From an uncultured bacterium (lineage in GTDB: Bacteria; Bacteroidota; Bacteroidia; CAILMK01): a DNA stretch of 64,000 nt. Below the pieces are notes generated by a model. The model made no database searches. It saw only the letters and a list, made by a program, of their open reading frames with translations, and was not told where the DNA came from. A program made the translations under genes and the position numbers. Where the stretch lies: assembly GCA_903829945.1 (NCBI GenBank), contig CAIKRV010000063.1, forward strand, positions 26,502 through 90,501. The letters are read 5' to 3'. Every line of letters begins with the position of its first letter. Within the stretch, counting starts at the first letter, position 1. Shown here piece by piece: positions 40,578 through 50,675 of this stretch.

Positions 40578-41860
40578 GAATACCGCTACACCTCCAAATT
40601 GTGATAGGTATGCTCATTGGGGTTTTGGGGGCTTGTTTGGTATTATACTTTGAGCCTAGCCCATCCGATAAATTATTATGGATTTCCAATATTAAACCTA
40701 TTGGTGACATTTTTCTCAGGCTGATATATATGTGCCTTATCCCACTTATATTTTCGGCATTGGTTTTGGGCATTAATGGTTTCGGTAAAACGGAAAAATT
40801 AAATAAAACCGCTTGGCAAATGCTAAAATTTACCATAGTGGCCAGTACGATTGCTGTAATTATAGGAATAGTTTTAGTACTACTTATCCATCCCGGCAGC
40901 GGCTTATCAAAAGATGATTTGCAAAAAATTGTCTCCTCCGCCGGAGCACCCACCGACCAAATAAAAAAAGGCATTGAAAATAATGCCTCTCATTCCTTGG
41001 GTAATACCCTCGTTAATTTATTCCCCAAAAATCCTTTTGAAGATATTGTTCATGCCTATGACGGATCTTATACCGGCGGAGGTATGATTGCCATTATCGT
41101 TTTTTCAATTATTATAGGCATCGCGATGGTGAAATCACCGGTAGAAAAGATTCAAACATTTAAATCCTTTCTGGAAGGTCTTTATACGATTTGCATGAAG
41201 GTAATTCAGTTCGGAATGATCTTAGCACCTATAGGCGTGGCCTCACTTTTATTTGTATTGACCTTGAACATAGGAATATCATTCATCGGAATATTATTTA
41301 AATATTTATTACTGGTCATTGTTGCCTTACTGATTCAAGAGTTTGTCGTTTTTGGAATGATTTTAAAATATTTTTCCAAATGTCCACCAAGATGGTTTTT
41401 TAAAAATATCCGAGCAGTAATGTTAACTGCATTTTCAACCTCATCAGGCAGTGCTACCTTACCAATAGCGATTGAAGTTTCCTCTGAGCAATTAAAAATG
41501 CCTAAAGATTTAAGTAATTTTATTTTGACCATTGGTACCACGAGCAATCAAGCAGGAACGGCCATTTATCAAGGAATTACAATTATTTTTTTAGCACAAT
41601 GCTTCGGCATCGACCTCAACTTTGTTCAAATCCTGGCAGTAGTAGGATTAGCTTTATTTGCCGGCATTGGAACCATTGGCGTACCGGGAGGTTCTATGCC
41701 GGTTTTGATGTTAATATTAATATACCTGGGCATTCCCGCAGAAGCAATTGCAATTATATATGGTTTAGATCGTATTTTGGATATGTGTAGAACCGTTGTA
41801 AATGTCAGCGGTGATTTAGTTGCCCTGGTTTATATAAATAACCGTACCATTAAAACATAG
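40574..41860 (+). CDS. Dicarboxylate/amino acid:cation symporter (DAACS/GltP family)
   Basis: 428-aa protein. The motifs SSGSATLPIAIE and GVPGGSMPV are hallmarks of sodium:dicarboxylate symporters. Its start overlaps the previous gene's stop (ATGA). Confidence 0.8.
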   Translation: MRIPLHLQIVIGMLIGVLGACLVLYFEPSPSDKLLWISNIKPIGDIFLRLIYMCLIPLIFSALVLGINGFGKTEKLNKTAWQMLKFTIVASTIAVIIGIVLVLLIHPGSGLSKDDLQKIVSSAGAPTDQIKKGIENNASHSLGNTLVNLFPKNPFEDIVHAYDGSYTGGGMIAIIVFSIIIGIAMVKSPVEKIQTFKSFLEGLYTICMKVIQFGMILAPIGVASLLFVLTLNIGISFIGILFKYLLLVIVALLIQEFVVFGMILKYFSKCPPRWFFKNIRAVMLTAFSTSSGSATLPIAIEVSSEQLKMPKDLSNFILTIGTTSNQAGTAIYQGITIIFLAQCFGIDLNFVQILAVVGLALFAGIGTIGVPGGSMPVLMLILIYLGIPAEAIAIIYGLDRILDMCRTVVNVSGDLVALVYINNRTIKT

Positions 41861-41896
41861 CACACATTTTGCTGAATACATTTAGCAAATAATTGA

Positions 41897-42472
41897 ATGA
41901 TGAAATATTTATTGCTCCTAATTCCTCTTATATTTTCAGGATATACTAAAAATTCAAGTGCCCATTTATCTCAGCAAGATGTAGCACAGGAGGACACTAT
42001 ATTTTGGAAAGCTGATTCAAAATTAGTATGGGATGATTTTAAAGGTCCTGCCCCGGAAACGGGCTTTAAAGTGGCTGCCACTTATAGTGGTTTTTCATTC
42101 ACCTTTCATTCGGATGAAAATAATTTTCGTCTAAAAACTTTTGTATATTTTATTCGCTCCCGATCTTGGACCCGAACTGCTGCAGATAATGTTTTATTGC
42201 ACGAACAAGGGCACTTTAACCTGACTGAAATTTCGGCACGAAAATTTTGGAAAATTATAAAAGCAAAACATTTAGATCAGGTTAAAAACTCAGAGGCCAA
42301 AAAGAAATATGCTCAAATTAAAGAAATTTATCATACCATAACTGCTGAATTGAGTGAGATTCAAGATAAATATGATAATGAAACAAAGCATTCCACCATT
42401 CAGGAAAAGCAAGACCTTTGGAATGAACGAATTCAAAAACAACTAACTGAACTAGAGGATTACAGTCAATAA
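41897..42472 (+). CDS. DUF922-like putative Zn-metallopeptidase (HEQGH motif)
   Basis: Signal peptide present. It has an HExxH motif (LLHEQGHFNL). Confidence 0.5.
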   Translation: MMKYLLLLIPLIFSGYTKNSSAHLSQQDVAQEDTIFWKADSKLVWDDFKGPAPETGFKVAATYSGFSFTFHSDENNFRLKTFVYFIRSRSWTRTAADNVLLHEQGHFNLTEISARKFWKIIKAKHLDQVKNSEAKKKYAQIKEIYHTITAELSEIQDKYDNETKHSTIQEKQDLWNERIQKQLTELEDYSQ

Positions 42473-42497
42473 TACTTCCCAACTAAAAGGTATTGTT

Positions 42498-43784
42498 TTA
42501 TTTTTCGGAAGCTTTATTTTTTACCAAAGGAATCAGCAAATAAAAAAATGAAAAAAATGTAATTCCAACTTGACGTTCTAGTACAGATTCTACTTGGAAT
42601 GCTGAAAAACAAATTACTAAAAATGAAATAAGCATTAAATTATTCCAAGCATTTTTATATCTAAAAGGTAAAATAAAAATACTGCATAAAATAATAAGAC
42701 CTAATATTCCTGTAGTACTTAATTCTTGTATAAATTGATTGTGCGGAAGCTTCCTGTTTTCAGGGATTAAAATGGATTGATCGGCAGTATATTGTTGCTC
42801 CATGGCTTGTTGTAAATCACCGGCTCCTACGCCTAAAATTGGATTTTTGCAATAAATTTCCCAAGCTGTTTTCAAAGCTTCTTTACGCATTGAAATGGAA
42901 TAGTGATTTATGTTTTTTCCCTCTTTCATTTTGCCCAAGTCTTCCTTGGTATTCGCCAATCGGTTTTGCCAAGCCGGGAGAAACTTATATGCACTAAAAA
43001 ACAGAGTAAGCAAAAAGACGCCAAATAATAAGCCGGTTTTGTATTTCTTCTCTTTAATTATTACCCAAAGCAGCGCAACAATGGTAGAAGCATAAAACCC
43101 GAGTAAACCGGTACGTGCCCCAATAACATGCAACAATATAATTAGCCCAATACATTGCAACAGCATTACATAATTATACTTTTTGCCGAATTTTATTTTG
43201 TATAAATAATAACTGCACCAAATGGCGAAAGCCAACATAATGCTGAAATAAATATGGTTTACTTGTCTATTATCAGCTCGCTCAACGGCATAGAGAATAT
43301 AAATGGGCTTGGAATGTAGTAATTGCTCATTGATGGTATTAAAATTAAGTAAATAATTAATACAGGTAATGAGTGCCGCTACAAAAACACTCCAGGAAAA
43401 AATAGACAGTATTTTATTAATCTTATCTTGGTTAAATAAGGAAGTTCCCAAAAAAGATATTCCCAGTAACACAAACGGTAATTTTACTATAATTTTTTTC
43501 CAATATTCGTCATGATTATGACCATAAATGCCACTTAAAAATGAAATTCCAAGTAAGGCAATTAAACCAAGACTAAGAACATCTTTTTCAAATTGAATAT
43601 TGGTATTGTTTTTAAAAAAATATGCACTAAAAATCAGGGCTACGCCTATACTTTGTAAAGCGGGAGAAAACACTAAACCGATCACTAATAAAATAGCTCC
43701 GAAAAATGCAATATTCTTTTTAAAATGCTCCCATGCAGCATCATTATTATTCAAATCAAAAAAATTAATAAATCTCGTTTTCAA
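42498..43784 (-). CDS. O-antigen ligase/polymerase (Wzy_C) family membrane protein
   Basis: 428-aa protein with ~10 TM helices and a periplasmic loop. Topology and composition are consistent with the WaaL/Wzy family. Confidence 0.6.
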   Translation of the reverse strand: MKTRFINFFDLNNNDAAWEHFKKNIAFFGAILLVIGLVFSPALQSIGVALIFSAYFFKNNTNIQFEKDVLSLGLIALLGISFLSGIYGHNHDEYWKKIIVKLPFVLLGISFLGTSLFNQDKINKILSIFSWSVFVAALITCINYLLNFNTINEQLLHSKPIYILYAVERADNRQVNHIYFSIMLAFAIWCSYYLYKIKFGKKYNYVMLLQCIGLIILLHVIGARTGLLGFYASTIVALLWVIIKEKKYKTGLLFGVFLLTLFFSAYKFLPAWQNRLANTKEDLGKMKEGKNINHYSISMRKEALKTAWEIYCKNPILGVGAGDLQQAMEQQYTADQSILIPENRKLPHNQFIQELSTTGILGLIILCSIFILPFRYKNAWNNLMLISFLVICFSAFQVESVLERQVGITFFSFFYLLIPLVKNKASEK

Positions 43785-43791
43785 GAGTATA

Positions 43792-44610
43792 TTATTTTGA
43801 AAGTTCTAAGGAATAATGCATTTCAACTCTAAAATACTTATCCAAAACGCCAAGTTTTCGAGCTAAGGATTTGGTAACTTTTATCGTCACGTCAGGATGT
43901 TCAGGATCATCGGGAAGTTTGCCAATAATTTTAACGAATTGCACCTTTCCGTTCATTAAATTGGTAAGCTTTATAATGGTTCCTGCCGGAGCTGTTTTAT
44001 GCAAGGCAATGGCCTTATTGGATACCACAGAACCGTCATCAATCCATGCAGCAACACCCCGTTCTTCTACTTCTTTTATTTCGCTGCCTGCAGATGCTTT
44101 TTTCTTATATTCGGTTTGGTATTTTGGATCCATATAATCTTCATCCGTTTTTACGGTAGTTGCCGGAGGAACATCTTTGGCGGTGGTTTTGCTATAGCCC
44201 ACAATTAGCTTTTTACCGGGAGCAATATTATCACTACTCAACTTATTCCATTGCTTTAAGTCAGCCACACTAACGTGGTGCATATTTGCAATATGAAATA
44301 AGGTTTCATCTTTTTGAGAAATATAGTAAACGGGTGTTCCGGTAGGTATATTATTTTTTACTGCCTCATTAGCACTTACAGGAATTAAAATAGTGGTACC
44401 CACCATTATTTTATCACCGGTTTTAGGATTGGCATCAATAATATCCTGCTGACTGACGTGAAATTTTTTGCTTAAACTATATAGGCCGTCACCCGTCTGA
44501 ATTGTATAATTTAGGTATTTTTTACCATTTTTAAATACATAGGCATCCTGTGCGTAACTCTGTAGCGAAAAAAATAGAGCGCTGGCTATAAATAAATGAA
44601 ATAACTTCAT
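43792..44610 (-). CDS. Secreted LysM-domain peptidoglycan-binding protein
   Basis: Signal peptide MKLFHLFIASALFFSLQSYAQ. Two LysM repeats are present (YTIQTGDGLYSLSKKFHVSQQDIIDANP and YYISQKDETLFHIANMHHVSVADLKQWN). Confidence 0.7.
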   Translation of the reverse strand: MKLFHLFIASALFFSLQSYAQDAYVFKNGKKYLNYTIQTGDGLYSLSKKFHVSQQDIIDANPKTGDKIMVGTTILIPVSANEAVKNNIPTGTPVYYISQKDETLFHIANMHHVSVADLKQWNKLSSDNIAPGKKLIVGYSKTTAKDVPPATTVKTDEDYMDPKYQTEYKKKASAGSEIKEVEERGVAAWIDDGSVVSNKAIALHKTAPAGTIIKLTNLMNGKVQFVKIIGKLPDDPEHPDVTIKVTKSLARKLGVLDKYFRVEMHYSLELSK

Positions 44611-44666
44611 AACAGGATTTATGCTTACAAAAATAATGCTAATTTTGACCAATAAAACAGAATAAG

Positions 44667-45341
44667 ATGAAGCTTATATCAAAAACACTACTCGTTCTCG
44701 GCTTATTTTTATTGCCATTTACAACTATTTATGCACAAAAGTTTAAAGCAGGTATTATCATAGGGATGAATGGCTCTCAAATTAATGGAGATAATATGGC
44801 GGGATTTAATAAAGGAGGCTTTTTAGGAGGCATTTATGTTGATTATCCTTTCAATAAATCTTGGAGTGGTGGGTTTGAGATGGACTTTACGATGAAAGGT
44901 AGTAAGCGTACCTATAGTGATAGTAATGGTGTGGCTACTGCCGGACCGGGTTCATGGGATGATTTAGAACTTGGATATTTGGAGGTACCCATTTTTGCAA
45001 AATACCATTTTAATAAACATTTTGAAGTTTATTTTGGTCCGGCATTTGGATTATTAATGTATTCCACCTGGTATCCCGGTCAGGGCTCCATTGGCAATCA
45101 AGGCGGTGAAGCTAAAGCCGATTTCCTTAGAAATTATGATATTAGTTTTACAGGAGGGGTAACCTATAATTTTGCTGAACATTTTTCAGCTACCGTCAGA
45201 TATAGCAATAGCTTAATTTCTATAGGAACCGGAAGTTATAATTCACTATTATCCAATTCACCTATTAATAACGGATTAACCAATATTGTAATATCAGGCG
45301 CACTGGTTTATCACTTTTGGCCGCAAAACCTAAAAAACTAA
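44667..45341 (+). CDS. Outer-membrane beta-barrel protein (porin/OmpA_membrane-like)
   Basis: Signal peptide, alternating amphipathic beta strands, and a C-terminal aromatic residue (YHFWPQNLKN). Confidence 0.55.
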   Translation: MKLISKTLLVLGLFLLPFTTIYAQKFKAGIIIGMNGSQINGDNMAGFNKGGFLGGIYVDYPFNKSWSGGFEMDFTMKGSKRTYSDSNGVATAGPGSWDDLELGYLEVPIFAKYHFNKHFEVYFGPAFGLLMYSTWYPGQGSIGNQGGEAKADFLRNYDISFTGGVTYNFAEHFSATVRYSNSLISIGTGSYNSLLSNSPINNGLTNIVISGALVYHFWPQNLKN

Positions 45342-45374
45342 GGAGATTTATCTTTTAATGATGGTTATTAAAGT

Positions 45375-45806
45375 CTATATTATTTTCCCTTCATTGAGAA
45401 AATACTCTACAGCTAATTGATAACTCATCATCCCAAATCCAGCTATTACGCCTTTACAATAGGGGGCTAAAAATGAGGTATGTCTAAATTGTTCTCGAGC
45501 ATATATATTAGACATATGAACCTCTACTACAGGTACTTCTACACCGGCAATAGCATCGGCAATGGCAATGGAAGTGTGGGTATATGCTCCGGCATTAAGG
45601 ATAATTCCATCAAAAATGCCATCGGCTTTGTGGATACAATCTAAAATATCTCCTTCCCTATTAAATTGATGAAATTCGAAGCGAATTTTTTTAAACTTAG
45701 CTTCTAATTTAGTTATAAAATCATCAAAATTCATGTGCCCATAATATTGGGGTTCTCTTTTACCGACCAGATTCAAATTTGGTCCATTAATAATTAATAA
45801 TTTCAT
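45375..45806 (-). CDS. aroQ: Type II 3-dehydroquinate dehydratase
   Basis: MKLLIINGPNLNLVGKREPQYYG and HMSNIYAREQFRH match AroQ. Confidence 0.9.
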   Translation of the reverse strand: MKLLIINGPNLNLVGKREPQYYGHMNFDDFITKLEAKFKKIRFEFHQFNREGDILDCIHKADGIFDGIILNAGAYTHTSIAIADAIAGVEVPVVEVHMSNIYAREQFRHTSFLAPYCKGVIAGFGMMSYQLAVEYFLNEGKII

Positions 45807-45827
45807 AGTAAAAGTATATGATGTATT

Positions 45828-46958
45828 TTAAGTGTTTATGGTAGTTAGTATGGAGTTCCAAAAAGCAGCAGCCGTATGTTCCCAACTAAATTTCTTGAGC
45901 TGCATATTTGCAGCTTCAGTCAGGCTGATACGAAGTTCCGGATTTTGGTACAATCTGAGCATGCCTTGGGCAATGCTTTCTACCTCCAAAGGATTAACAT
46001 AAATAGCAGCATCACCGCAAACCTCAGGCAAGGAGCTGGTATTAGAAGTAATGACCGGAATGCCACATTGCATGGCTTCCAAACAAGGTATTCCGAATCC
46101 TTCAAATACTGATACATAGGTCATGGCTTCTGCAGAGGCAATCAAATTATTTAAGGTTTCAAAATTATCTATTCTTCCGGTAAAAATAATATCCTCTTTG
46201 TAGGAAGAAACATGGGCCATTTGCAAGAGCTCGTCCGTACCAAAAACATGCTTCCCTACTAATAATAATTTATAATTAGATCCGGTTGTAGATTTAAATC
46301 GTTCAAATGCTTCCATCAGCTTACCAATATTTTTCCGCGGATATAATCCGCCAAGAAAAACAAAATAGGGAGCGCCATTGCTGAATGCTGCTCTTATTTT
46401 AATTTTTTGAGCCTCTTCTATGGATGTGAAATTTAAATTATATCCATTATAAACGACATCAATTTTAGCAGGCGAGACATGGTAGTATTTCATAATATCC
46501 TGTTTGGAATATTCTGAAACAGTCATGATTCTGGTAGCATTTTGTGCAAACCTTGGAAAAAAATATTTATAATACCATCTTACCATTACAGGTACAGTTT
46601 CGGGGTAATGCTCATAGGCAATATCATGCATAGTAATGACCCTTGGTATTTTTAATCCCAAGGGCAGATAGGATTCGGGAGAAACAAAGACATCAGGTTT
46701 AAGCTTATTCAAATACTTTTTCATTGAAATCTGAAAAAACCAGTACCATAGTAATGGATGCCGGGATGGAGGAAATAATACGATGGGGGTAATATTATCC
46801 GAAAAAATAAAATCCTGATGATAAGGACGATCGAAAATAAAATAAAATTCGTGTTCCGGATGAGCTCTACAAATTCGTTTTAAATTCTCATACGTAAACC
46901 AGCCAATTCCTTCCAGGCGATTTTTGATAAGAAGACGAGTATTTACAGCAATCTTCAT
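45828..46958 (-). CDS. GT4-family glycosyltransferase (glycosyl transferases group 1)
   Basis: C-terminal GT-B signature EGFGIPCLEAMQCGIPVITSNTSSLPEV. Confidence 0.8.
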   Translation of the reverse strand: MKIAVNTRLLIKNRLEGIGWFTYENLKRICRAHPEHEFYFIFDRPYHQDFIFSDNITPIVLFPPSRHPLLWYWFFQISMKKYLNKLKPDVFVSPESYLPLGLKIPRVITMHDIAYEHYPETVPVMVRWYYKYFFPRFAQNATRIMTVSEYSKQDIMKYYHVSPAKIDVVYNGYNLNFTSIEEAQKIKIRAAFSNGAPYFVFLGGLYPRKNIGKLMEAFERFKSTTGSNYKLLLVGKHVFGTDELLQMAHVSSYKEDIIFTGRIDNFETLNNLIASAEAMTYVSVFEGFGIPCLEAMQCGIPVITSNTSSLPEVCGDAAIYVNPLEVESIAQGMLRLYQNPELRISLTEAANMQLKKFSWEHTAAAFWNSILTTINT

Positions 46959-46972
46959 AAAAGTACCATAAG

Positions 46973-47242
46973 CTAATGTTGAGGAGGAATATAACCGGGT
47001 AGTTTTTTGTGCATGCCGTCACAAATGGGAGCTTTTTCCGATTGCTTGCAAGTACACCAAGAAATGCGTTTGCGCTCTTCGATATGGATTTTCAAAGGCT
47101 TAAAATCGGTCCCCCGATGTGAGCCATCGCAAAACGGTTGACTAGAACTTAATCCACAAGAACACCAAGCATATATGCCGGGTTCAACTTCCTGTTTGAT
47201 GGCTCTTAATCCGGCAATATGCGCTTTTTTTGTGTTTTCCAT
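46973..47242 (-). CDS. CDGSH-type iron-sulfur domain protein (two CDGSH motifs)
   Basis: CSCGLSSSQPFCDGSHRG and CTCKQSEKAPICDGMHKK. Confidence 0.8.
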   Translation of the reverse strand: MENTKKAHIAGLRAIKQEVEPGIYAWCSCGLSSSQPFCDGSHRGTDFKPLKIHIEERKRISWCTCKQSEKAPICDGMHKKLPGYIPPQH

Positions 47243-47243
47243 A

Positions 47244-47678
47244 TTAATGGTCTAATAGGATTCGTTCCACTTTATATTTTTCTGTCAAATCCTTTTCTAC
47301 CACACTGGCATAATATCCTACTCTATTTATAGCAAGTAAAACATCATCAGCCCTTAAGGTGTCAATTTCACGCATTATTTTCAAATAAGCCCCTCCTTCA
47401 AAAACACAGAAAGAGGCATCAATGATTTGATAATTAATTTCTAATAATTCCGATAGAAAAGCCAGGGTATTATCGGCAGGCACAAGAGCTATTGGACTCA
47501 TTATCTGCAAATAAGTCCGGTCATTTTGTTCAATAGGCAATAAGTCTATCCAAACTTCAAGGTCATCTTTTTTAAGATTCCATTGCCCTTCAGCCTCCGA
47601 ACGACACAAAATAGGGTCAATTCCGGCCATTTTAAGGGCTTCTTCTACCCTTTCAGAAAATTCTTTATTCAGTTCCAT
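47244..47678 (-). CDS. YbjN-like domain protein (putative)
   Basis: ~145-aa acidic protein. Its composition matches YbjN-like putative sensory-transduction regulators. This is a weak, composition-level call. Confidence 0.35.
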   Translation of the reverse strand: MELNKEFSERVEEALKMAGIDPILCRSEAEGQWNLKKDDLEVWIDLLPIEQNDRTYLQIMSPIALVPADNTLAFLSELLEINYQIIDASFCVFEGGAYLKIMREIDTLRADDVLLAINRVGYYASVVEKDLTEKYKVERILLDH

Positions 47679-47775
47679 AATATTCAGGCACAAAATTAGC
47701 TCGTTTTTGCGAGTATTTTGCTATTATTGCACCTCGAAACGGTTAAAAGTGCCGTTTATAAACTTTTTAATCAAG

Positions 47776-48033
47776 ATGAGAACAAGAAAGCTAGCATTAT
47801 TAATCCCTGCAATGGCAGTAGGTTTGATTTTACACTCCTGTAGTTTTGAATCTGTTCGTACAGATGAAAATCAAAACACCAACCCTAAAAACTTAGGTGT
47901 TGATACGATTAATCCATCACAATTAAATCATGCTGAACCGGCTGCTGCTCCGGCTGCTCCGGCCACGGATAGTACTAAAGCGGATGCTGCTCCTGCCAAG
48001 GACAAGAAAGACGATAGTAAATCTAAAAAATAA
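47776..48033 (+). CDS. Small low-complexity lipoprotein (Ala/Pro/Lys-rich)
   Basis: MRTRKLALLIPAMAVGLILHSCS lipoprotein signal, then a PAAAPAAPATDSTKADAAPAKDKKDDSKSKK tail. Followed by the terminator at 48056-48087. Confidence 0.4.
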   Translation: MRTRKLALLIPAMAVGLILHSCSFESVRTDENQNTNPKNLGVDTINPSQLNHAEPAAAPAAPATDSTKADAAPAKDKKDDSKSKK

Positions 48034-48055
48034 GATTGTTATTGAATAATTTAAA

Positions 48056-48087
48056 AAAAGCTTCTCTTTTTTGAGGAGCTTTTTTTG
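48056..48087 (+). terminator. Intrinsic terminator
   Basis: aagcttctc-ttttttg-aggagctt followed by TTTTTTT. Confidence 0.5.
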
Positions 48088-48105
48088 TGCTAAAATTTTC
48101 GAATC

Positions 48106-49296
48106 ATGAATTATGATATTATAATAATAGGTGCAGGAATAGTTGGTTTAGCAAGCGGATTAAAAATTCTTGAAAAAAATCCCGGACTAAAATTATTAAT
48201 ACTTGACAAGGAAAATGATATTGCACAGCATCAAACCGGACATAACAGTGGGGTCATTCATTCGGGTATTTATTATAAGCCCGGCAGCTTAAAGGCCCAA
48301 AATTGTCTGAATGGTTATAAAATGCTTATTGATTTCTGTAATGAACATCATATTAAATATGACTTATGCGGAAAGGTTATTGTTGCCACCAATGACAAAG
48401 AATTGCCCTTATTAAATTCAATATTTGAAAGAGGCTTGGCAAATCAACTGGAAGGCATTAAAAAAATAAGTGCCGATGAGGTTCGAACCATAGAACCACA
48501 TGTTAGAAGCATCGCCGGGGTATGGGTACCGCAAACCGGTATTATTAATTATAAAGAGGTTAGCATAAAATATGCATCGAGAATAAAGGATATGGGCGGT
48601 GAAATTATTACCGGTGAGGAAGTATTATCCATTAAAAATTCAAGTACAATTATTGTAAAAGCAAATCACGGGACATTTGAATGCAAAAAACTCATTAATT
48701 GCAGCGGCTTGCAGTCGGACAAAGTAACAAAAATGACCATGCCGGATGCCAAATTGCAGATTATTCCGTTCAGAGGAGAATACTATAAAATTCGCCCGGA
48801 GAAATACGGATTGGTAAAAAACTTGGTGTATCCGGTGCCTAATCCAGAATTTCCATTTTTAGGCGTACATTTTACAAGAATGATTGAGGGAGGCATTGAA
48901 GCCGGGCCTAATGCTGTTTTTGCATTTAAAAGAGAAGGTTATAAAAAAACCGATTTCAGTTTGAATGATACTTTCGAGACTATTGCTTTTCCCGGATTTA
49001 GAAAAATTGCTTTAAAGTATTGGAAAACCGGCATGGGAGAAATTTATCGCTCTATTTCTAAAGCAGCTTTTACCAAAGCCTTACAACATCTGATCCCGGA
49101 AATTCAGGAAAATGATTTAATACCGGGAGGTTCCGGAGTAAGGGCACAAGCTTGTGATGCAGATGGAAATTTATTGGATGATTTTATGATTTTGGAGGCA
49201 GGAAATGTAATTAATGTATGTAATGCCCCTTCACCTGCAGCAACTTCCTCCTTGAGTATAGGAAATACGATAGCAGAAATGGCTTTAAAACATTAG
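48106..49296 (+). CDS. lhgO: L-2-hydroxyglutarate oxidase/dehydrogenase (FAD-dependent)
   Basis: YDIIIIGAGIVGLASG (FAD fold) and HQTGHNSGVIHSGIYYKPGSLKA match the LhgO/YgaF family. Confidence 0.8.
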   Translation: MNYDIIIIGAGIVGLASGLKILEKNPGLKLLILDKENDIAQHQTGHNSGVIHSGIYYKPGSLKAQNCLNGYKMLIDFCNEHHIKYDLCGKVIVATNDKELPLLNSIFERGLANQLEGIKKISADEVRTIEPHVRSIAGVWVPQTGIINYKEVSIKYASRIKDMGGEIITGEEVLSIKNSSTIIVKANHGTFECKKLINCSGLQSDKVTKMTMPDAKLQIIPFRGEYYKIRPEKYGLVKNLVYPVPNPEFPFLGVHFTRMIEGGIEAGPNAVFAFKREGYKKTDFSLNDTFETIAFPGFRKIALKYWKTGMGEIYRSISKAAFTKALQHLIPEIQENDLIPGGSGVRAQACDADGNLLDDFMILEAGNVINVCNAPSPAATSSLSIGNTIAEMALKH

Positions 49297-49859
49297 CTTA
49301 ATCGACGGCTGAGAATAAAAGCAACCTTTTTATAAAAATCTAGGGGATCTGCGGTTCGCCAAGGCAAGGCATCTAATTCACCGCCAAAATTTAAATAATA
49401 GTCAATATTATTATTTTTAAATTCTTCGAGGACATGTTCTTGAAAATTTACGGCTGCAATCCATCCTTCTTCTACATCTTGAAACCATTCATCGTAATAA
49501 TCATCAATATCATGATGGAAATTTAAAACGTTTTCGCCGATGAGGATAAATTTATTAATCCCACAATCAATTAATACATCAATAACATCACGTTTTAAAA
49601 ACATAATATCATTATTAATTGCATCATTCCATTCCCCTAATAATTCAATAATTGCGAACGACTGCTTATAATCGGCATATAAAAGTTTGACGTATAAAGT
49701 AGATGAACCAATATCATCCCATTGCGGATGAATAAGGTAATCATATAAAGCATTTGAAAAATAAAACTCACTATAAGTTCTATGATAAAAAGGGGAATCT
49801 CTATCCTCCTCCGCTTTATATATATGCCTCCAATTATAAAATGGTTCTATGCTATGCAT
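49293..49859 (-). CDS. Hypothetical protein, co-transcribed downstream of murQ
   Basis: 188-aa acidic, aromatic-rich protein with no recognisable motif. Its start abuts the murQ stop (49859/49860). Confidence 0.4.
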   Translation of the reverse strand: MHSIEPFYNWRHIYKAEEDRDSPFYHRTYSEFYFSNALYDYLIHPQWDDIGSSTLYVKLLYADYKQSFAIIELLGEWNDAINNDIMFLKRDVIDVLIDCGINKFILIGENVLNFHHDIDDYYDEWFQDVEEGWIAAVNFQEHVLEEFKNNNIDYYLNFGGELDALPWRTADPLDFYKKVAFILSRRLS

Positions 49860-50666
49860 CTACTTTTCAATCGTATTTATCACCGCTCGAACACTTCCAT
49901 GTTTTAGTAGTGCTTCTCTTGCGGTGGATTCATCCCATTCATACAAATTCATCAACATTCTTGTTCCTCTTTCCACCAATTTATTATTGCTTAAACGCAT
50001 ATCCACCATTTTATTGTCCTTAATCCTACCTAATTTTATCATAATGGTGGTACTAATCATATTTAAAACTAATTTTTGAGCAGTTCCGGCTTTCATTCGG
50101 GTACTTCCAGTCACAAATTCTGGTCCTGTGACCACCTCAATCGGATAATCAGCCATAGCAGCGATGCCGGAAGAATCATTGCAGCAAATACAAGCCGTTC
50201 CAATACCATTTTGTTTACACGATTTTAAACCTCCTAAAACATAAGGCGTGGTGCCGGAAGCAGAAATACCGATTACAAAATCTTTATGGCTTATATTATA
50301 ATTTTCTAAATCCAACCATGCTTGGCTCATGTTGTCTTCTGCGCCTTCTTGCGCCATTCTAATGGCAGCGTCACCACCTGCAATGATGCCTATTACTTTT
50401 TCGAAATCCACGCCAAAAGTAGGAGGACATTCAGAGGCGTCCACAATGCCTAACCTACCGCTGGTACCGGAGCCGATATAAAATAATCGCCCCCCTTGAT
50501 TCATTCTTTCAAAAATAGCATTTACAGCCTTTTCAATTTGAGGAATGGCTCTTTCCACTGCCAGTGGAACTGTTTTATCCTCCTGATTAATATTTGTAAG
50601 CAACTCCAGGCTGGACATCATTTCCAAATGCCTGTAATGAGAGTCTTTTTCGGTTGTCTTTTCCAA
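49860..50666 (-). CDS. murQ: N-acetylmuramic acid 6-phosphate etherase
   Basis: The SIS domain GSGTSGRLG and the EDKTVPLAVERAIP N-terminal region match MurQ. Confidence 0.9.
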   Translation of the reverse strand: MEKTTEKDSHYRHLEMMSSLELLTNINQEDKTVPLAVERAIPQIEKAVNAIFERMNQGGRLFYIGSGTSGRLGIVDASECPPTFGVDFEKVIGIIAGGDAAIRMAQEGAEDNMSQAWLDLENYNISHKDFVIGISASGTTPYVLGGLKSCKQNGIGTACICCNDSSGIAAMADYPIEVVTGPEFVTGSTRMKAGTAQKLVLNMISTTIMIKLGRIKDNKMVDMRLSNNKLVERGTRMLMNLYEWDESTAREALLKHGSVRAVINTIEK

Positions 50667-50675
50667 ATTAAATTT

